Source: Clostridia bacterium
GTDB taxonomy: Bacteria; Bacillota; Clostridia; Peptostreptococcales; JAAYPU01
Reading direction: 5' to 3'
Length of the DNA: 64,000 bases
Assembly (NCBI GenBank): GCA_016278615.1
Contig: JADQBM010000029.1
Coordinates: 22,668-86,667, forward strand
Positions within the stretch are counted from its first letter, which is position 1, and each line of letters begins with the position of its first letter. A model generated the notes under the pieces. The model was not told where the DNA came from and did not search any database. It saw only the letters and a program-made list of their open reading frames with translations. The position numbers were made by a program, and so were the translations under genes. This document shows positions 19,280 through 28,805 of the stretch, piece by piece.

Positions 19280-20764
19280 TTATTTATTTGAGAGTATTTT
19301 CTCTATCTGCGCCATCATCTGGTCTTTTTGGATTGTGGTATTATGAAGTATTTCCTTTTTATCCAAATCTTTTAATGCTTTGGGGATGGGGCTATGGGTC
19401 ATTTCGTGAAGCTTCTCAACCAATTCAAAATCCGTTCCTTTCATTGAAGGGGCAATGGCATTAATGACACTGTTGGTAAATTTATAGGGGCTCGCCGTAG
19501 AAGCTATCACAGTAGGCGTCTTATCCTGAGTCTCCTGCTTATATTTCATATACACATTGTATCCTACAGCTGTGTGGGTATCCATGAGGTAGGATTCTTC
19601 TCTGTATAAGGATTCTATGGTCTCTAAAGTTTTTTGGTCATCTGCATATCCCCCAACAAATTGGTTCATTTCGTTTTTCATAAAATCAGGCAGCTCATAT
19701 TTTCCTTCCTTTTCAAGATTTTCCATCAGTTCTTTTATGATATCGGACTGACCGCCACTAATGTGAAACAAAAATCTCTCAAGATTACTTGAAATGAGAA
19801 TATCCATTGAAGGAGAATTGGTCACATGAAATTCCCTATTGATGTTGTAAACACCTGTATTTATAAAGTCTGTAAGCACTTTGTTCTTATTGGATGCACA
19901 AATGAATTTATTAACGGGTATTCCCATCTGACTGGCATAGTATGCGGCTAATATGTTGCCAAAATTGCCTGTTGGGACTACAATATTAATTTGATCCCCT
20001 TCTTGTATTTTTCCGTTTTCCAAAAGTTTTACGTAGGCATAGACATAATAGGAAATCTGAGGAATCATTCGTCCAATATTTATGGAATTAGCAGAAGAGA
20101 GTATGAATCCTTCTTTCTGTACTTTTTCATTGAAAAGTCTATCATTAAATATTTTTTTCACACCATTTTGGGCATCATCAAAATTTCCGTCTATTGCTAT
20201 TACATGGGTATTTTGCCCTTGTTGTGTAATCATTTGTCTTTTTTGAATTTCACTGACCCCTTCTGAAGGGTAAAATATAATAATTTCTGTATTCTTTACA
20301 TTGGCAAAACCTTCTAAAGCAGCTTTTCCTGTATCTCCTGAGGTAGCTGTGAGAATGACAATTTTTCTTTTTTCTTCTTCTTTTTCCAAGGCTGTGGTCA
20401 ATAGATGAGGAAGAATTGAAAGGGCTACATCCTTAAAAGCCGCAGTTTTACCATGATAAAGCTCTAAAAAGAATGCGCCTCCTTTTTCATTGAAAGGTAT
20501 GATTTCTTTTGCCTCAAACTTTTCATCATATGCCTTCTCAATAGCATCCTGCAACTCTTCTTTGGAGAAGTCCTCAAAGTATTTTGACATGACTTCATAA
20601 GCGATAGTTGCATAATTCATACCTTTAAACTCAGAGATTTTTTTATCAAAAACAGGAAAATGATCCGGGACAAAAAGCCCTTTATCTTTAGCAATACCCT
20701 GAATAATTCCTTGGGCAGAACTTTTTCCTTCATCGTTTCCCCGAGTGCTCATGTAGTGTATCAT
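19280..20764 (-). CDS. thrC: Threonine synthase (long form)
   Basis: 494 aa; PLP-lysine region GKTAAFKDVAL; typical N-terminal MIHYMSTRG. Confidence 0.9.
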   Translation of the reverse strand: MIHYMSTRGNDEGKSSAQGIIQGIAKDKGLFVPDHFPVFDKKISEFKGMNYATIAYEVMSKYFEDFSKEELQDAIEKAYDEKFEAKEIIPFNEKGGAFFLELYHGKTAAFKDVALSILPHLLTTALEKEEEKRKIVILTATSGDTGKAALEGFANVKNTEIIIFYPSEGVSEIQKRQMITQQGQNTHVIAIDGNFDDAQNGVKKIFNDRLFNEKVQKEGFILSSANSINIGRMIPQISYYVYAYVKLLENGKIQEGDQINIVVPTGNFGNILAAYYASQMGIPVNKFICASNKNKVLTDFINTGVYNINREFHVTNSPSMDILISSNLERFLFHISGGQSDIIKELMENLEKEGKYELPDFMKNEMNQFVGGYADDQKTLETIESLYREESYLMDTHTAVGYNVYMKYKQETQDKTPTVIASTASPYKFTNSVINAIAPSMKGTDFELVEKLHEMTHSPIPKALKDLDKKEILHNTTIQKDQMMAQIEKILSNK

Positions 20765-20826
20765 ATGTTTTCACCTCTGTTCATTTTCATAAATTTTTTA
20801 TATTTCATTTCAGAATAACATGAATT

Positions 20827-22011
20827 CTATCCTAAAAATTCTTTCATTACTTCCCCTAAAATCTGAATGCCCTTAACAATTCTTTCTTCTGACATATTGG
20901 AGTAATTCAACCTAATTTCATTTTCCTTTCCCTTGGTTGTATAAAAGGAACCCCCTGGTACAAATGCCACTTTTTTAAGAAGTGCACGCTCTAAAAGTGT
21001 TCTGGTATTCTTACCTTCAGGAAGTCGAATCCACACAAACAAGCCTCCTTTTGGCAGATCAAATTCTACACACTGGGGAAAACTCGTTTTCATGGTCTCA
21101 ATGGCTAAATCACGCCGCTTCTTATAGAGCTCTATGACTTCATTAATATGATCCTCTAAACTAAACTTTTCCATATAGACATCTATCATTCTTTGATTGA
21201 TGGAAGATGAGCTTAAATCAATGCTTGGTTTTAGGAGCATATATTTCTCAATCATTTGTTTTTTTGCGCATATCCATGCAACTCTGAAGCCAGGGCAAAA
21301 TATTTTAGAAAAGGATCCACAGTTGATAACTTGTCCTTTTACATCCAAGGAAATCAGGGGTGGTCGTTCCATCTCTTCATAAGCAATATCTGAGTATGCC
21401 GAATCTTCTAATATCGCAATGTCATAATCCTGCATAATACTCATAAACTCTTTTCGCCTCTTAGCCGTCCAACACCGACAGGTAGGATTTTGGAAATCAG
21501 GTATGACATAGGCTAATTTAATTCTATTTCTGTACTCTTTGACCCTCTCTTCAAGGGCTTCAGGAATCATTCCCTCTGAATCTGTGGGCACTGCTAAAAA
21601 TTCTGCTCCATATGCTTTGAAGATATTTAACGCACCTAAATAGGAAGGCGTCTCACATAAAATAATATCTCCTTTATCAATAAATAGCATGCCACTCATA
21701 TCCAGCGCCTGCTGGGAGCCGCTGGTAATAATCACTTCTTCTGCAGTCAGCATTGTATTATATTGGTCATTCATTCTTTTAGCAAGCTTTTTTCTCAAAG
21801 GCAAATAGCCACTTGTGGCGCTATAGCTTAAAGCATCACGCCCTTGAGAATCCAAAACTTCTAAAAAGGATTCTCGAATCTCTTTCAATGGATAAGTCTC
21901 TGGTGACGGAAAGCCCCCTGCAAAAGAAATCATATCCGAATCATCGGCCAGTTCCATAAGCCGCAAAAGTTCCTTGTCCTGCATTTTTTCCATTCTTTTA
22001 GAAAGTCTCAT
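20827..22011 (-). CDS. PLP-dependent aminotransferase, class I/II
   Basis: PLP-lysine motif SFSKIFCPGFRVAW; 394 aa. A 4-nt ATGA overlap with the upstream ORF suggests translational coupling. Confidence 0.8.
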   Translation of the reverse strand: MRLSKRMEKMQDKELLRLMELADDSDMISFAGGFPSPETYPLKEIRESFLEVLDSQGRDALSYSATSGYLPLRKKLAKRMNDQYNTMLTAEEVIITSGSQQALDMSGMLFIDKGDIILCETPSYLGALNIFKAYGAEFLAVPTDSEGMIPEALEERVKEYRNRIKLAYVIPDFQNPTCRCWTAKRRKEFMSIMQDYDIAILEDSAYSDIAYEEMERPPLISLDVKGQVINCGSFSKIFCPGFRVAWICAKKQMIEKYMLLKPSIDLSSSSINQRMIDVYMEKFSLEDHINEVIELYKKRRDLAIETMKTSFPQCVEFDLPKGGLFVWIRLPEGKNTRTLLERALLKKVAFVPGGSFYTTKGKENEIRLNYSNMSEERIVKGIQILGEVMKEFLG

Positions 22012-23018
22012 TTATGCATCACCTCATTATTCAAAAGTCCTACGGACTCCGCTTGGATTTGATTTTCTTGTGAATTCCAAATAAAGTTAGTAAGATAAGA
22101 CCGATTTCCTATTATATCTGGATTTACTGGCACGCCTTTCTTAAGGGCTTTTACCGCCTGAGAAAGCATCCTATCACCTTCAAATTTTGCATTATTATAA
22201 ATATCCAGGAAAGATGAATTGTATACCAGGGAAGCATCCAAAGGATGTGTCCAAAAGTTCTTTTCTAAATTTAGGTACTTCATACTTGCCTCAACAGCCC
22301 ATGTATACATAGGCTTCCCTATTTCAAAGTTCTTTCCTCTCAACTGTTTGAGTCCCTTTAGTATCCCTTTTTTAATATTCAGAGGATCAAATAAAAGCTT
22401 CAATGCTCTTACCATGTGGTCATACGAAGCCTCAATTTCTTCTTGGGAAAGCTGTAGCTGATAAACATGTGTGATATTCTTTAGTAAATGGGTTTTTATG
22501 CTAAGGGGTAGGCCCTTTTTTAAAAAAATAAGTTTGTCGACCCGCTCTTTATAGGCGTGCTGATGCTTTTTTTTATGCCAGATATAAACATCAATATGAT
22601 TTTCCATCTTTTTATGTGGGGTGCTATATAATCCTTTTTCTTTTCCCTTTTCAAAGGAATATCCTGAATAACAATAGATAAAAGGATGTGCATTCTTATC
22701 TAAAATATAATGGCATAAGAACCCTATATAATAACTCAATAAATCAAAATAGTCATCATTATTGACTTTGTTAAAAGAAAGGTCATGGAAACACTTTGCA
22801 AGAAATTGTCCTGTTTCTTTTTCATGCATAAAATTCCCAACGCTTCTAACCTTATCTTTTTTATTATATAAGAAATTATGATAAAAAAAGAAGTCCGGAC
22901 CTTGAGCTCCAAACCTGAAAATTTCAATCCTTTCTTGAATTTGCTTTTTCAGCGGGCAATCTTCCATATGCTCTAAAACATCATCTGCAAATGCAATATG
23001 TGTCAATATATCCGGCAT
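22008..23018 (-). CDS. Zinc-dependent phospholipase C-like family protein (tentative)
   Basis: 336 aa with a His-rich N-terminus MPDILTHIAFADD resembling Zn-dependent PLC-family proteins. Assigned from memory of the family only. Confidence 0.45.
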   Translation of the reverse strand: MPDILTHIAFADDVLEHMEDCPLKKQIQERIEIFRFGAQGPDFFFYHNFLYNKKDKVRSVGNFMHEKETGQFLAKCFHDLSFNKVNNDDYFDLLSYYIGFLCHYILDKNAHPFIYCYSGYSFEKGKEKGLYSTPHKKMENHIDVYIWHKKKHQHAYKERVDKLIFLKKGLPLSIKTHLLKNITHVYQLQLSQEEIEASYDHMVRALKLLFDPLNIKKGILKGLKQLRGKNFEIGKPMYTWAVEASMKYLNLEKNFWTHPLDASLVYNSSFLDIYNNAKFEGDRMLSQAVKALKKGVPVNPDIIGNRSYLTNFIWNSQENQIQAESVGLLNNEVMHK

Positions 23019-23119
23019 ATTCTCACCCCTGTCTCTTTTAGCACGATTCTTTTCTCCTTATTATACCCTAAGTTTTCCATTGTTTAAACTTCAATATTCG
23101 GATAATAATTAAGTGAATC

Positions 23120-24403
23120 TTAAATCTTAAATTCTTTGATATATGCCATAGCTTTTTCAATATCAACGGTCTTCAATTCTCGTTTCTCCATAAGAATTTT
23201 ACCATTGACCAAGGTGGTATCCACATCAGAAGCTTGAACAGAATAAACCATAGCGGACAAATGATTTCTGAAAGGTTGAAGATGCGGCTTATTTAAATCC
23301 ACAAGAATTAGATCCGCTTCTTTTCCCTCTTGGATTTCTCCAGTATTATTAAACCCTAAGGCTTTTGCACCATTGACTGTTGCCATGGTCAACACATCTC
23401 CTGCTTTCATAAGCTCCGGATTCATGTGAAGCCCTTTATGAATTAAAGAGGCCATATGCATTTCTTCAAACATGTTGAGATTGTTATTGCTTGCAGCGCC
23501 ATCGGTTCCTAATGCTACAGGAATTTTCTCCTTTTCCATCATTTCAACTATGGGTGCTATTCCACTTCCTAAAATAAGATTGCTGGAAGGGTTATGTACG
23601 GGAATGATATTTTTTTTCTTAATTAACTCTAAATCCCTTCCTTCCAAATGAATACAATGGGCTGCAGTAACTGGCACGTCCAAAATTCCATATTCAAGAC
23701 AAGCTTCCAAGGGACTCATTTTATGCATTTCCATACTCATTTTTCTTTCTCCTACACCTTCCAGAATATGAATATGAATACTGGTATTAAATGCCTTTGC
23801 AACATTTGCCGCTTCTATTAGAGACGCTTTATCATACAAAAATACAGAATGAATTTCTGTATTAACTTTTATTCTATTGTCGAAGTTGTGCCATTGGTCA
23901 TAAAATTGTTTAAATCCTTCTTTATCTATGACTACTTGGTTGTTTCTCACTTGAGACTTAATTACGTCTTTTGACAAACATGCTTTAATGCCTGTTTCAG
24001 AAACAGCCTCAGCAACTCTTTCCATATGCAAATACATATCTAAGAAAGCAGTGGTACCTGATTGTATCATCTCCGCAATGGCTAATGTTGTGCCCCAATA
24101 GATATCTTCAGAAGACAATCGGTTTTCTGCTGGAATAATATAATCAAAAAGCCATTTATTAATGGGATAATCGTTAGAGAAGTTCCTCAGAAGTACCATG
24201 GCGCTATGGGTATGGGCATTGACCAACCCAGGTGCAGCCATCATGTTTTTTTTATCCATGATATTCTTATACGCCGCCTTCAGAATTTCTTCTTTCTGTT
24301 CTCCTACATAATCAAAGACCCCATTGTCAACGACGATACACCCGTTTTCTATTATCCCTTTTGGGGTAATAATATCTACATTTTTAATTAAAATATCTTT
24401 CAT
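23120..24403 (-). CDS. mtaD: 5-methylthioadenosine/S-adenosylhomocysteine deaminase
   Basis: Amidohydrolase with LVNAHTHSAM and the typical MtaD layout. Start moved to ATG 24403 (AGGAG 6 nt upstream). Confidence 0.85.
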   Translation of the reverse strand: MKDILIKNVDIITPKGIIENGCIVVDNGVFDYVGEQKEEILKAAYKNIMDKKNMMAAPGLVNAHTHSAMVLLRNFSNDYPINKWLFDYIIPAENRLSSEDIYWGTTLAIAEMIQSGTTAFLDMYLHMERVAEAVSETGIKACLSKDVIKSQVRNNQVVIDKEGFKQFYDQWHNFDNRIKVNTEIHSVFLYDKASLIEAANVAKAFNTSIHIHILEGVGERKMSMEMHKMSPLEACLEYGILDVPVTAAHCIHLEGRDLELIKKKNIIPVHNPSSNLILGSGIAPIVEMMEKEKIPVALGTDGAASNNNLNMFEEMHMASLIHKGLHMNPELMKAGDVLTMATVNGAKALGFNNTGEIQEGKEADLILVDLNKPHLQPFRNHLSAMVYSVQASDVDTTLVNGKILMEKRELKTVDIEKAMAYIKEFKI

Positions 24404-24445
24404 AGCGCACTCCTGCATCAAATAATGGATTTATTATTTTATATG

Positions 24446-24466
24446 GCGGGAGACCCGCCCCTACAA
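24446..24466 (-). repeat. GC-rich TGTAG-hairpin mini-motif next to HATH-D
   Basis: The minus strand reads TGTAGGGGCGGG-tct-CCCGCC. Confidence 0.7.
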
Positions 24467-24490
24467 ATACTTTTCAGATGACATAATGAG

Positions 24491-24632
24491 AATTTTGTGT
24501 AACAAAATATCCTTAATTATTGAAGACCTAACTCAAATCTATGATTTGAAATGTAGGTCTCATACAGAAACTCTTCAATCTTTGATTGGCTAAGAGTTTT
24601 TCAGTTAATTGTTAATTCTTAATTCTTCATTG
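24491..24632 (-). repeat. HATH element copy D (partial: one hairpin, nested module, TTAATTN arm; no left arm), ahcY|mtaD spacer
   Basis: ATTTTG-tgtaa-CAAAAT (24492-24508). Junction CCTTAATTA. Module 24520-24603. Four TTAATTN heptamers at 24605-24632, ending 8 nt from the ahcY stop. Confidence 0.75.
24520..24603 (+). repeat. Nested hairpin module (short form) inside HATH-D
   Basis: TTGAAGACCTAACTCAAATCtatGATTTGAAATGTAGGTCTCATACAG, then AAACTCTTCAATCtttGATTGGCTAAGAGTTTTTCAG. The ends are colinear with the C module, and one hairpin unit is missing. Confidence 0.8.
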
Positions 24633-24639
24633 ATATTTA

Positions 24640-25887
24640 CTATACGTTCCAGCTTGCTAAATACTCTATCTGATGGGGTGTTAATGAATCGATTTCCATT
24701 CCCCAACTTTCTAATTTCATTTTTGCTACTCTTAGGTCGATCTCTTTGGGCACACCTAGAACATTGTTTCCTAATTTTCCTTTGTTTTTAACAAGATATT
24801 CAGCTCCCAACGCTTGTAGTGCAAAACTCATGTCCATGATTTCTGCTGGGTGCCCATCTCCTGATGCTAAATTAACTAAGCGCCCTTCAGCCAATACATT
24901 CAACCATCTTCCATCCTGCATTTTATATCCCATTATATTCTTTCTGCGTTCTTTCATCTCCACCGCTAGGGCTTCAATCCCCATCATATCAATTTCTGCA
25001 TCGAAGTGCCCTGCATTACAAAGAATGGCGCCATCCTTCATTTTTTCCATATGCTCTTTTGTAATAATCCTATCACATCCTGTTACGGTAATAAAAATAT
25101 CGCCTACTTTAGCCGCGTTTTCCATTTTCATAACTTCGTAACCATCCATTACAGCTTCTACCGCTTTGATTGAATCGATTTCTGTAACAATAACTTTTGC
25201 CCCTAGTCCTTTGGCTCGCATTGCGATACCTCTACCACACCAACCATAGCCTGCTATAACGACATTCTTGCCAGCTGTAATCAAATTGGTAGTTCTATTG
25301 ATTCCATCCCAGACAGACTGTCCTGTTCCATATCGATTGTCAAACATATGCTTACAATAAGCATCATTTACAGCAACCATAGGATTTTCCAAAACGCCTT
25401 CTGCTTCCATAGCTCGTAGCCGAATAATTCCCGTAGTGGTTTCTTCACATCCTCCTATGAGGTTTTCCATTAAGTCACGACGTTTATTATAAAGGAGGTT
25501 GATAAGATCCCCCCCATCATCAATAATAATATGTGGCTTGTTCTCTAAGGCCATTTCTATATGCTTAAAGTATTCATCCTTTGAAGCATTGTATTTAGCG
25601 TAAACTTTCATTCCTTCAGATGCCAAAGCGGCTGCAACATCGTCTTGAGTAGAAAGGACGTTGCTTCCGGTTACAGACATATCTGCGCCACCTGAAGCTA
25701 AAACTTTACACAAATATGCCGTTTTGGCTTCTAAGTGAACTGACAGTGATACTTTAATATTGTTAAAAGGTTTTGATTCAGCAAATTCATCTTCTAACCT
25801 TCTCAACAATGGCATGTAGCTTTTTACCCAATCTATTTTCTGTTTTCCTGAAACAGCTAAAGTAATATCCGCAACATCATATTTCAT
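24640..25887 (-). CDS. ahcY: Adenosylhomocysteinase
   Basis: 415 aa; NAD-binding AGYGWCGRGIA; conserved HFD/EID motifs. Confidence 0.95.
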   Translation of the reverse strand: MKYDVADITLAVSGKQKIDWVKSYMPLLRRLEDEFAESKPFNNIKVSLSVHLEAKTAYLCKVLASGGADMSVTGSNVLSTQDDVAAALASEGMKVYAKYNASKDEYFKHIEMALENKPHIIIDDGGDLINLLYNKRRDLMENLIGGCEETTTGIIRLRAMEAEGVLENPMVAVNDAYCKHMFDNRYGTGQSVWDGINRTTNLITAGKNVVIAGYGWCGRGIAMRAKGLGAKVIVTEIDSIKAVEAVMDGYEVMKMENAAKVGDIFITVTGCDRIITKEHMEKMKDGAILCNAGHFDAEIDMMGIEALAVEMKERRKNIMGYKMQDGRWLNVLAEGRLVNLASGDGHPAEIMDMSFALQALGAEYLVKNKGKLGNNVLGVPKEIDLRVAKMKLESWGMEIDSLTPHQIEYLASWNV

Positions 25888-26120
25888 TTTGATACCTCCA
25901 TGTTTTCTTTTAATAAATATAACACAATCATTTATTGTAATAAAGACATTGAAAAGAATCTGTTTAACTTTTCCATTTTTTCTGATAAACTAAAATAATC
26001 TAAGATTCATAGGAACGGAGCTTTGACTCCCTTTGCGCAATAGTTTATAATTCTTAACTCTTGGGCAAAATAGTCACAAAGAACAATAGAGTCTAAATAT
26101 CATCGTGTAAGGAGGAACTA

Positions 26121-27344
26121 ATGCTAAATTTAAAAAATCTGTTATTTGATAAGCAATATATTAAACTATGTGCTTATCTTGTTGTAACTGCTTTGGTCTT
26201 CTATATTCTTTACTCTGTTCTTTCTAATATAAATTCCATTTTTGCATTTATGGGCACTCTTATTATGGAAATCCTCAGTGCTCTGGCACCCCTTATTTAT
26301 GGACTCATTATTGCCTACTTTTTCAGCCCTTTGGTGAATCTCATAGATTACCGATTATTGAATCATTCTCACAAAAAACCATCTTTTAAAGGTTATACCC
26401 TTGCAAAACAAATTGAGAAAAAAAGAAGAACATTGAGCATTGCCATGGCTTTTATCATTGTTATTATCATTTTTTCTTTGTTGTCTTATACACTTTACAG
26501 TATGATTATTGGAAAAGTTACTGTTGAGAAAATTGATACCATGAGCGAAAATATTATAAGCTATTTTTCTAAATACCAAGAACTCTTCAATACCATCAAT
26601 GATAAGTTGGCTTCAAGTGGCCTTGCAGATAAAATCAAAAACCCTTTAGAAATATTTTTTGATTGGCTTTCCTCAGGTTTTTTTATGAATGAGGGCAATA
26701 TCACTGGATGGCTTTCCAGTATTGGAAGTAACTTATTAAATGTTTTATTAGGGCTGGTCATTGCTTTTTATCTCCTTAAAGATCAGGAGTTCTTTCTAAG
26801 GCTTTGGCGAAAAATTTTATCAAGTATCTTGCCAAATCAAGCAAAAGAATCTTTTTTAGGCATTCTTAAAGATATCCACGCCGTCATTTCTAAGTTTTTC
26901 AGAGGACAGCTTTTGGACGGCCTTATTGTAGGAATTCTTTCTTCTATCGGTCTTTTTATTGTGGGTATTGACTTTGCAATATTTATTGGGATGTTTGCAG
27001 GTATTGCAAATGTTATTCCTTATTTTGGTCCTATTATCGGTACCATACCTGCAGTCTCAATGGCTTTATTAGATGGCAGTATTTCCAAAGCACTTTTATC
27101 TGTTATTGTACTCCTTGGTATCCAGCAAGTGGATGGCGCCGTGATCGCCCCCAGGGTTGTGGGCAAAAGTGTTGGCCTTCACCCGGTTTTTGTTCTTCTT
27201 GCCGTTATTATTGGAGGAAAATATTTTGGAATTATTGGAATGCTCGCTGCCGTACCCACCGCTGCTATTTTAAAGTTATTTATAATAAGATTTTATGAAT
27301 CGAATCATGAGATAGATGAGATGGATTTAGATAAAAGAGAATAA
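26121..27344 (+). CDS. AI-2E (PerM) family transporter
   Basis: 407 aa polytopic membrane protein with the conserved NVIPYFGPIIG region. Confidence 0.85.
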   Translation: MLNLKNLLFDKQYIKLCAYLVVTALVFYILYSVLSNINSIFAFMGTLIMEILSALAPLIYGLIIAYFFSPLVNLIDYRLLNHSHKKPSFKGYTLAKQIEKKRRTLSIAMAFIIVIIIFSLLSYTLYSMIIGKVTVEKIDTMSENIISYFSKYQELFNTINDKLASSGLADKIKNPLEIFFDWLSSGFFMNEGNITGWLSSIGSNLLNVLLGLVIAFYLLKDQEFFLRLWRKILSSILPNQAKESFLGILKDIHAVISKFFRGQLLDGLIVGILSSIGLFIVGIDFAIFIGMFAGIANVIPYFGPIIGTIPAVSMALLDGSISKALLSVIVLLGIQQVDGAVIAPRVVGKSVGLHPVFVLLAVIIGGKYFGIIGMLAAVPTAAILKLFIIRFYESNHEIDEMDLDKRE

Positions 27345-27487
27345 TGAAGTCATTATTCTGAAAGGCATTCTAATAAACACTGTTCAATAACTTCTCTTGT
27401 GAGCGTACCATTGTTTACAGTCAAGTCATTTAAATCTATAATAATCATTTTATCACCCCTAAATAATATATAATAATTAGTATATTA

Positions 27488-27523
27488 AAATTCCTGAAAA
27501 CATTTCCGTTTCCAGGAATTTTT
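27488..27523. terminator. Bidirectional terminator between the convergent AI-2E transporter and DUF1836 genes
   Basis: AATTCCTGAAAAC-atttcc-GTTTCCAGGAATT followed by TTTTTT, with an A-tract upstream. Confidence 0.7.
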
Positions 27524-28195
27524 TTATTCTTCTGTTTCCTTTCTTTCTTTCGGTTCCTCTGGTTTTTTCTTTTTCTCTTTCTTTTTCTCTTTTTTCCCCG
27601 TATCTTCTTTTCTTATAAAATATTCATCTATAAGTTTTTCCGCAAAATGCTTATTAATATTTGCCCGAACAGTTAACATCACAACAAGGGTAAATATTTC
27701 TAATATATCATCATCTTGAAGATTTATTTCTTTAAGATATTCTTTAACACTATCTGTATCTTCCTTCATCTTAACATCCAATTTTTCACGCTCATCCTTT
27801 TGGATTTCTTGCAAGATAGAATAAATATCTTCCATGTTGATTTTTTCTTCTAACTCAGAATTATAGTTTTCAAGAATTGGCGCCATCAAATGTTGCATAT
27901 CCTTAATAGAAATACTACCTTTCATGTGGTAGATTAAAATAAGAATAATCAGATGATCCCGCGAGTATTTTTTATTGATGGGTTTTGGTATAATATTATG
28001 TTTTGTATAATTATTGATCATAGTTTTGGTCAATATTTTATCTTTTTCATCTCTTTTATAAATAGATAATTTTTCATCCATAAATGTCGTTATCTGATCC
28101 ATATAAAGATCCAAATCTGGCATATCCAATAGTCTAATTTGACCATTTTTTGTTATCTCATCCACTATTTTTTTTGCGTAACCCTCATATCTCAT
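27524..28195 (-). CDS. DUF1836 domain protein with Lys/Glu-rich tail
   Basis: LDLYMDQITTFMD..TKTMINNYTKHNIIPKP..KKYSRDHL matches my memory of DUF1836; function unknown. Confidence 0.6.
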   Translation of the reverse strand: MRYEGYAKKIVDEITKNGQIRLLDMPDLDLYMDQITTFMDEKLSIYKRDEKDKILTKTMINNYTKHNIIPKPINKKYSRDHLIILILIYHMKGSISIKDMQHLMAPILENYNSELEEKINMEDIYSILQEIQKDEREKLDVKMKEDTDSVKEYLKEINLQDDDILEIFTLVVMLTVRANINKHFAEKLIDEYFIRKEDTGKKEKKKEKKKKPEEPKERKETEE

Positions 28196-28283
28196 ATTTC
28201 TTTCCTTTCTTGTTGTAAATAATAATTAATCTCACTGTTAATAACTATATTATATGGTTTTGACTTCTATGTGTCAACATCAG

Positions 28284-28790
28284 GGAAATCGAAATTTAAG
28301 TTTAAGCTTGAGTTAAGTAGCTTTATGTTTATTTTAATCATTTTTTTCTGTTTCATTGATTATTTTTTGAAAAATATATAAACTAAGTGATGTGATAAAA
28401 AATGGAAATTGAAGTTTAAGTGTAAGTTTAAGTAAAAATGTGGAAGCTTAAGTGTAAGTTCAAGTGAAAAGTGGAAGTATAAGTGTAAGTCATGTAGGGG
28501 CTGGTCCTGTGCCTGCCCGAAGTAAGTAGGAGTGAAAGTGAAAGTTTAAGTTTAAGTATAAGCGAAAAGTTTGTAGGGGCTGGTTCCTGTGCCTGCCCGA
28601 AGTAAGTAGGAATGGTGGAAGTGTAAGTGTAAGTAAAAGTGGAAGTTTGAGTTTGTAGGGGGCTGGTCCTGTGCCTGCCCGACAAAGAGAAGCTGGAGTC
28701 TAAGTTTATGTGGAAATATAAGTATAAGCGGATTTACACTTAACACTACAACTCTAAGTGTTGTTCAACTATACTTATACTTCATAATAT
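28284..28790. repeat. AAGTNN-hexamer repeat region with three ~80-nt tandem units and a terminal mini-palindrome (HATH-related variant J)
   Basis: Two tracts both start GGAAAT(C/T)GAA(A/G)TTTAAGT (28284, 28404). Three units of hexamer tract plus a 38-39-nt GC motif start at 28493, 28572 and 28654. Terminal inverted arms GAAATATAAGTATAAG (28713-28728) and CTATACTTATACTTC (28769-28783) surround the hairpin ACACTTA/TAAGTGT. Confidence 0.85.
28493..28682 (+). repeat. Three copies of the GC-rich TGTAG-hairpin motif in region J
   Basis: TGTAGGGGCTGGTCCTGTGCCTGCCCGAAGTAAGTAGG at 28493-28530 and 28572-28610 (one extra T); truncated copy at 28654-28682. Stem GGGC(T)GG/CC(T)GCCC. Confidence 0.85.
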
Positions 28791-28805
28791 GGAAGGATGA
28801 TAAAT

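Noticed and set aside
28493-28682. CRISPR-like pattern: a 38-39-nt GC-containing repeat occurring three times with 41-43-nt spacers
   Set aside because: There are only three copies and the third is truncated. The spacers are themselves the same AAGTNN simple repeat and resemble each other. No cas genes or leader are present. The repeat recurs singly at other loci with a different stem sequence.
28428-28746. Track ORFs 28428-28685 and 28552-28746 (minus strand) inside region J
   Set aside because: Their products are low-complexity translations of the hexamer repeats (TYTYTST, LKLKLSLSL). No SD is present, and the two overlap each other in different frames.
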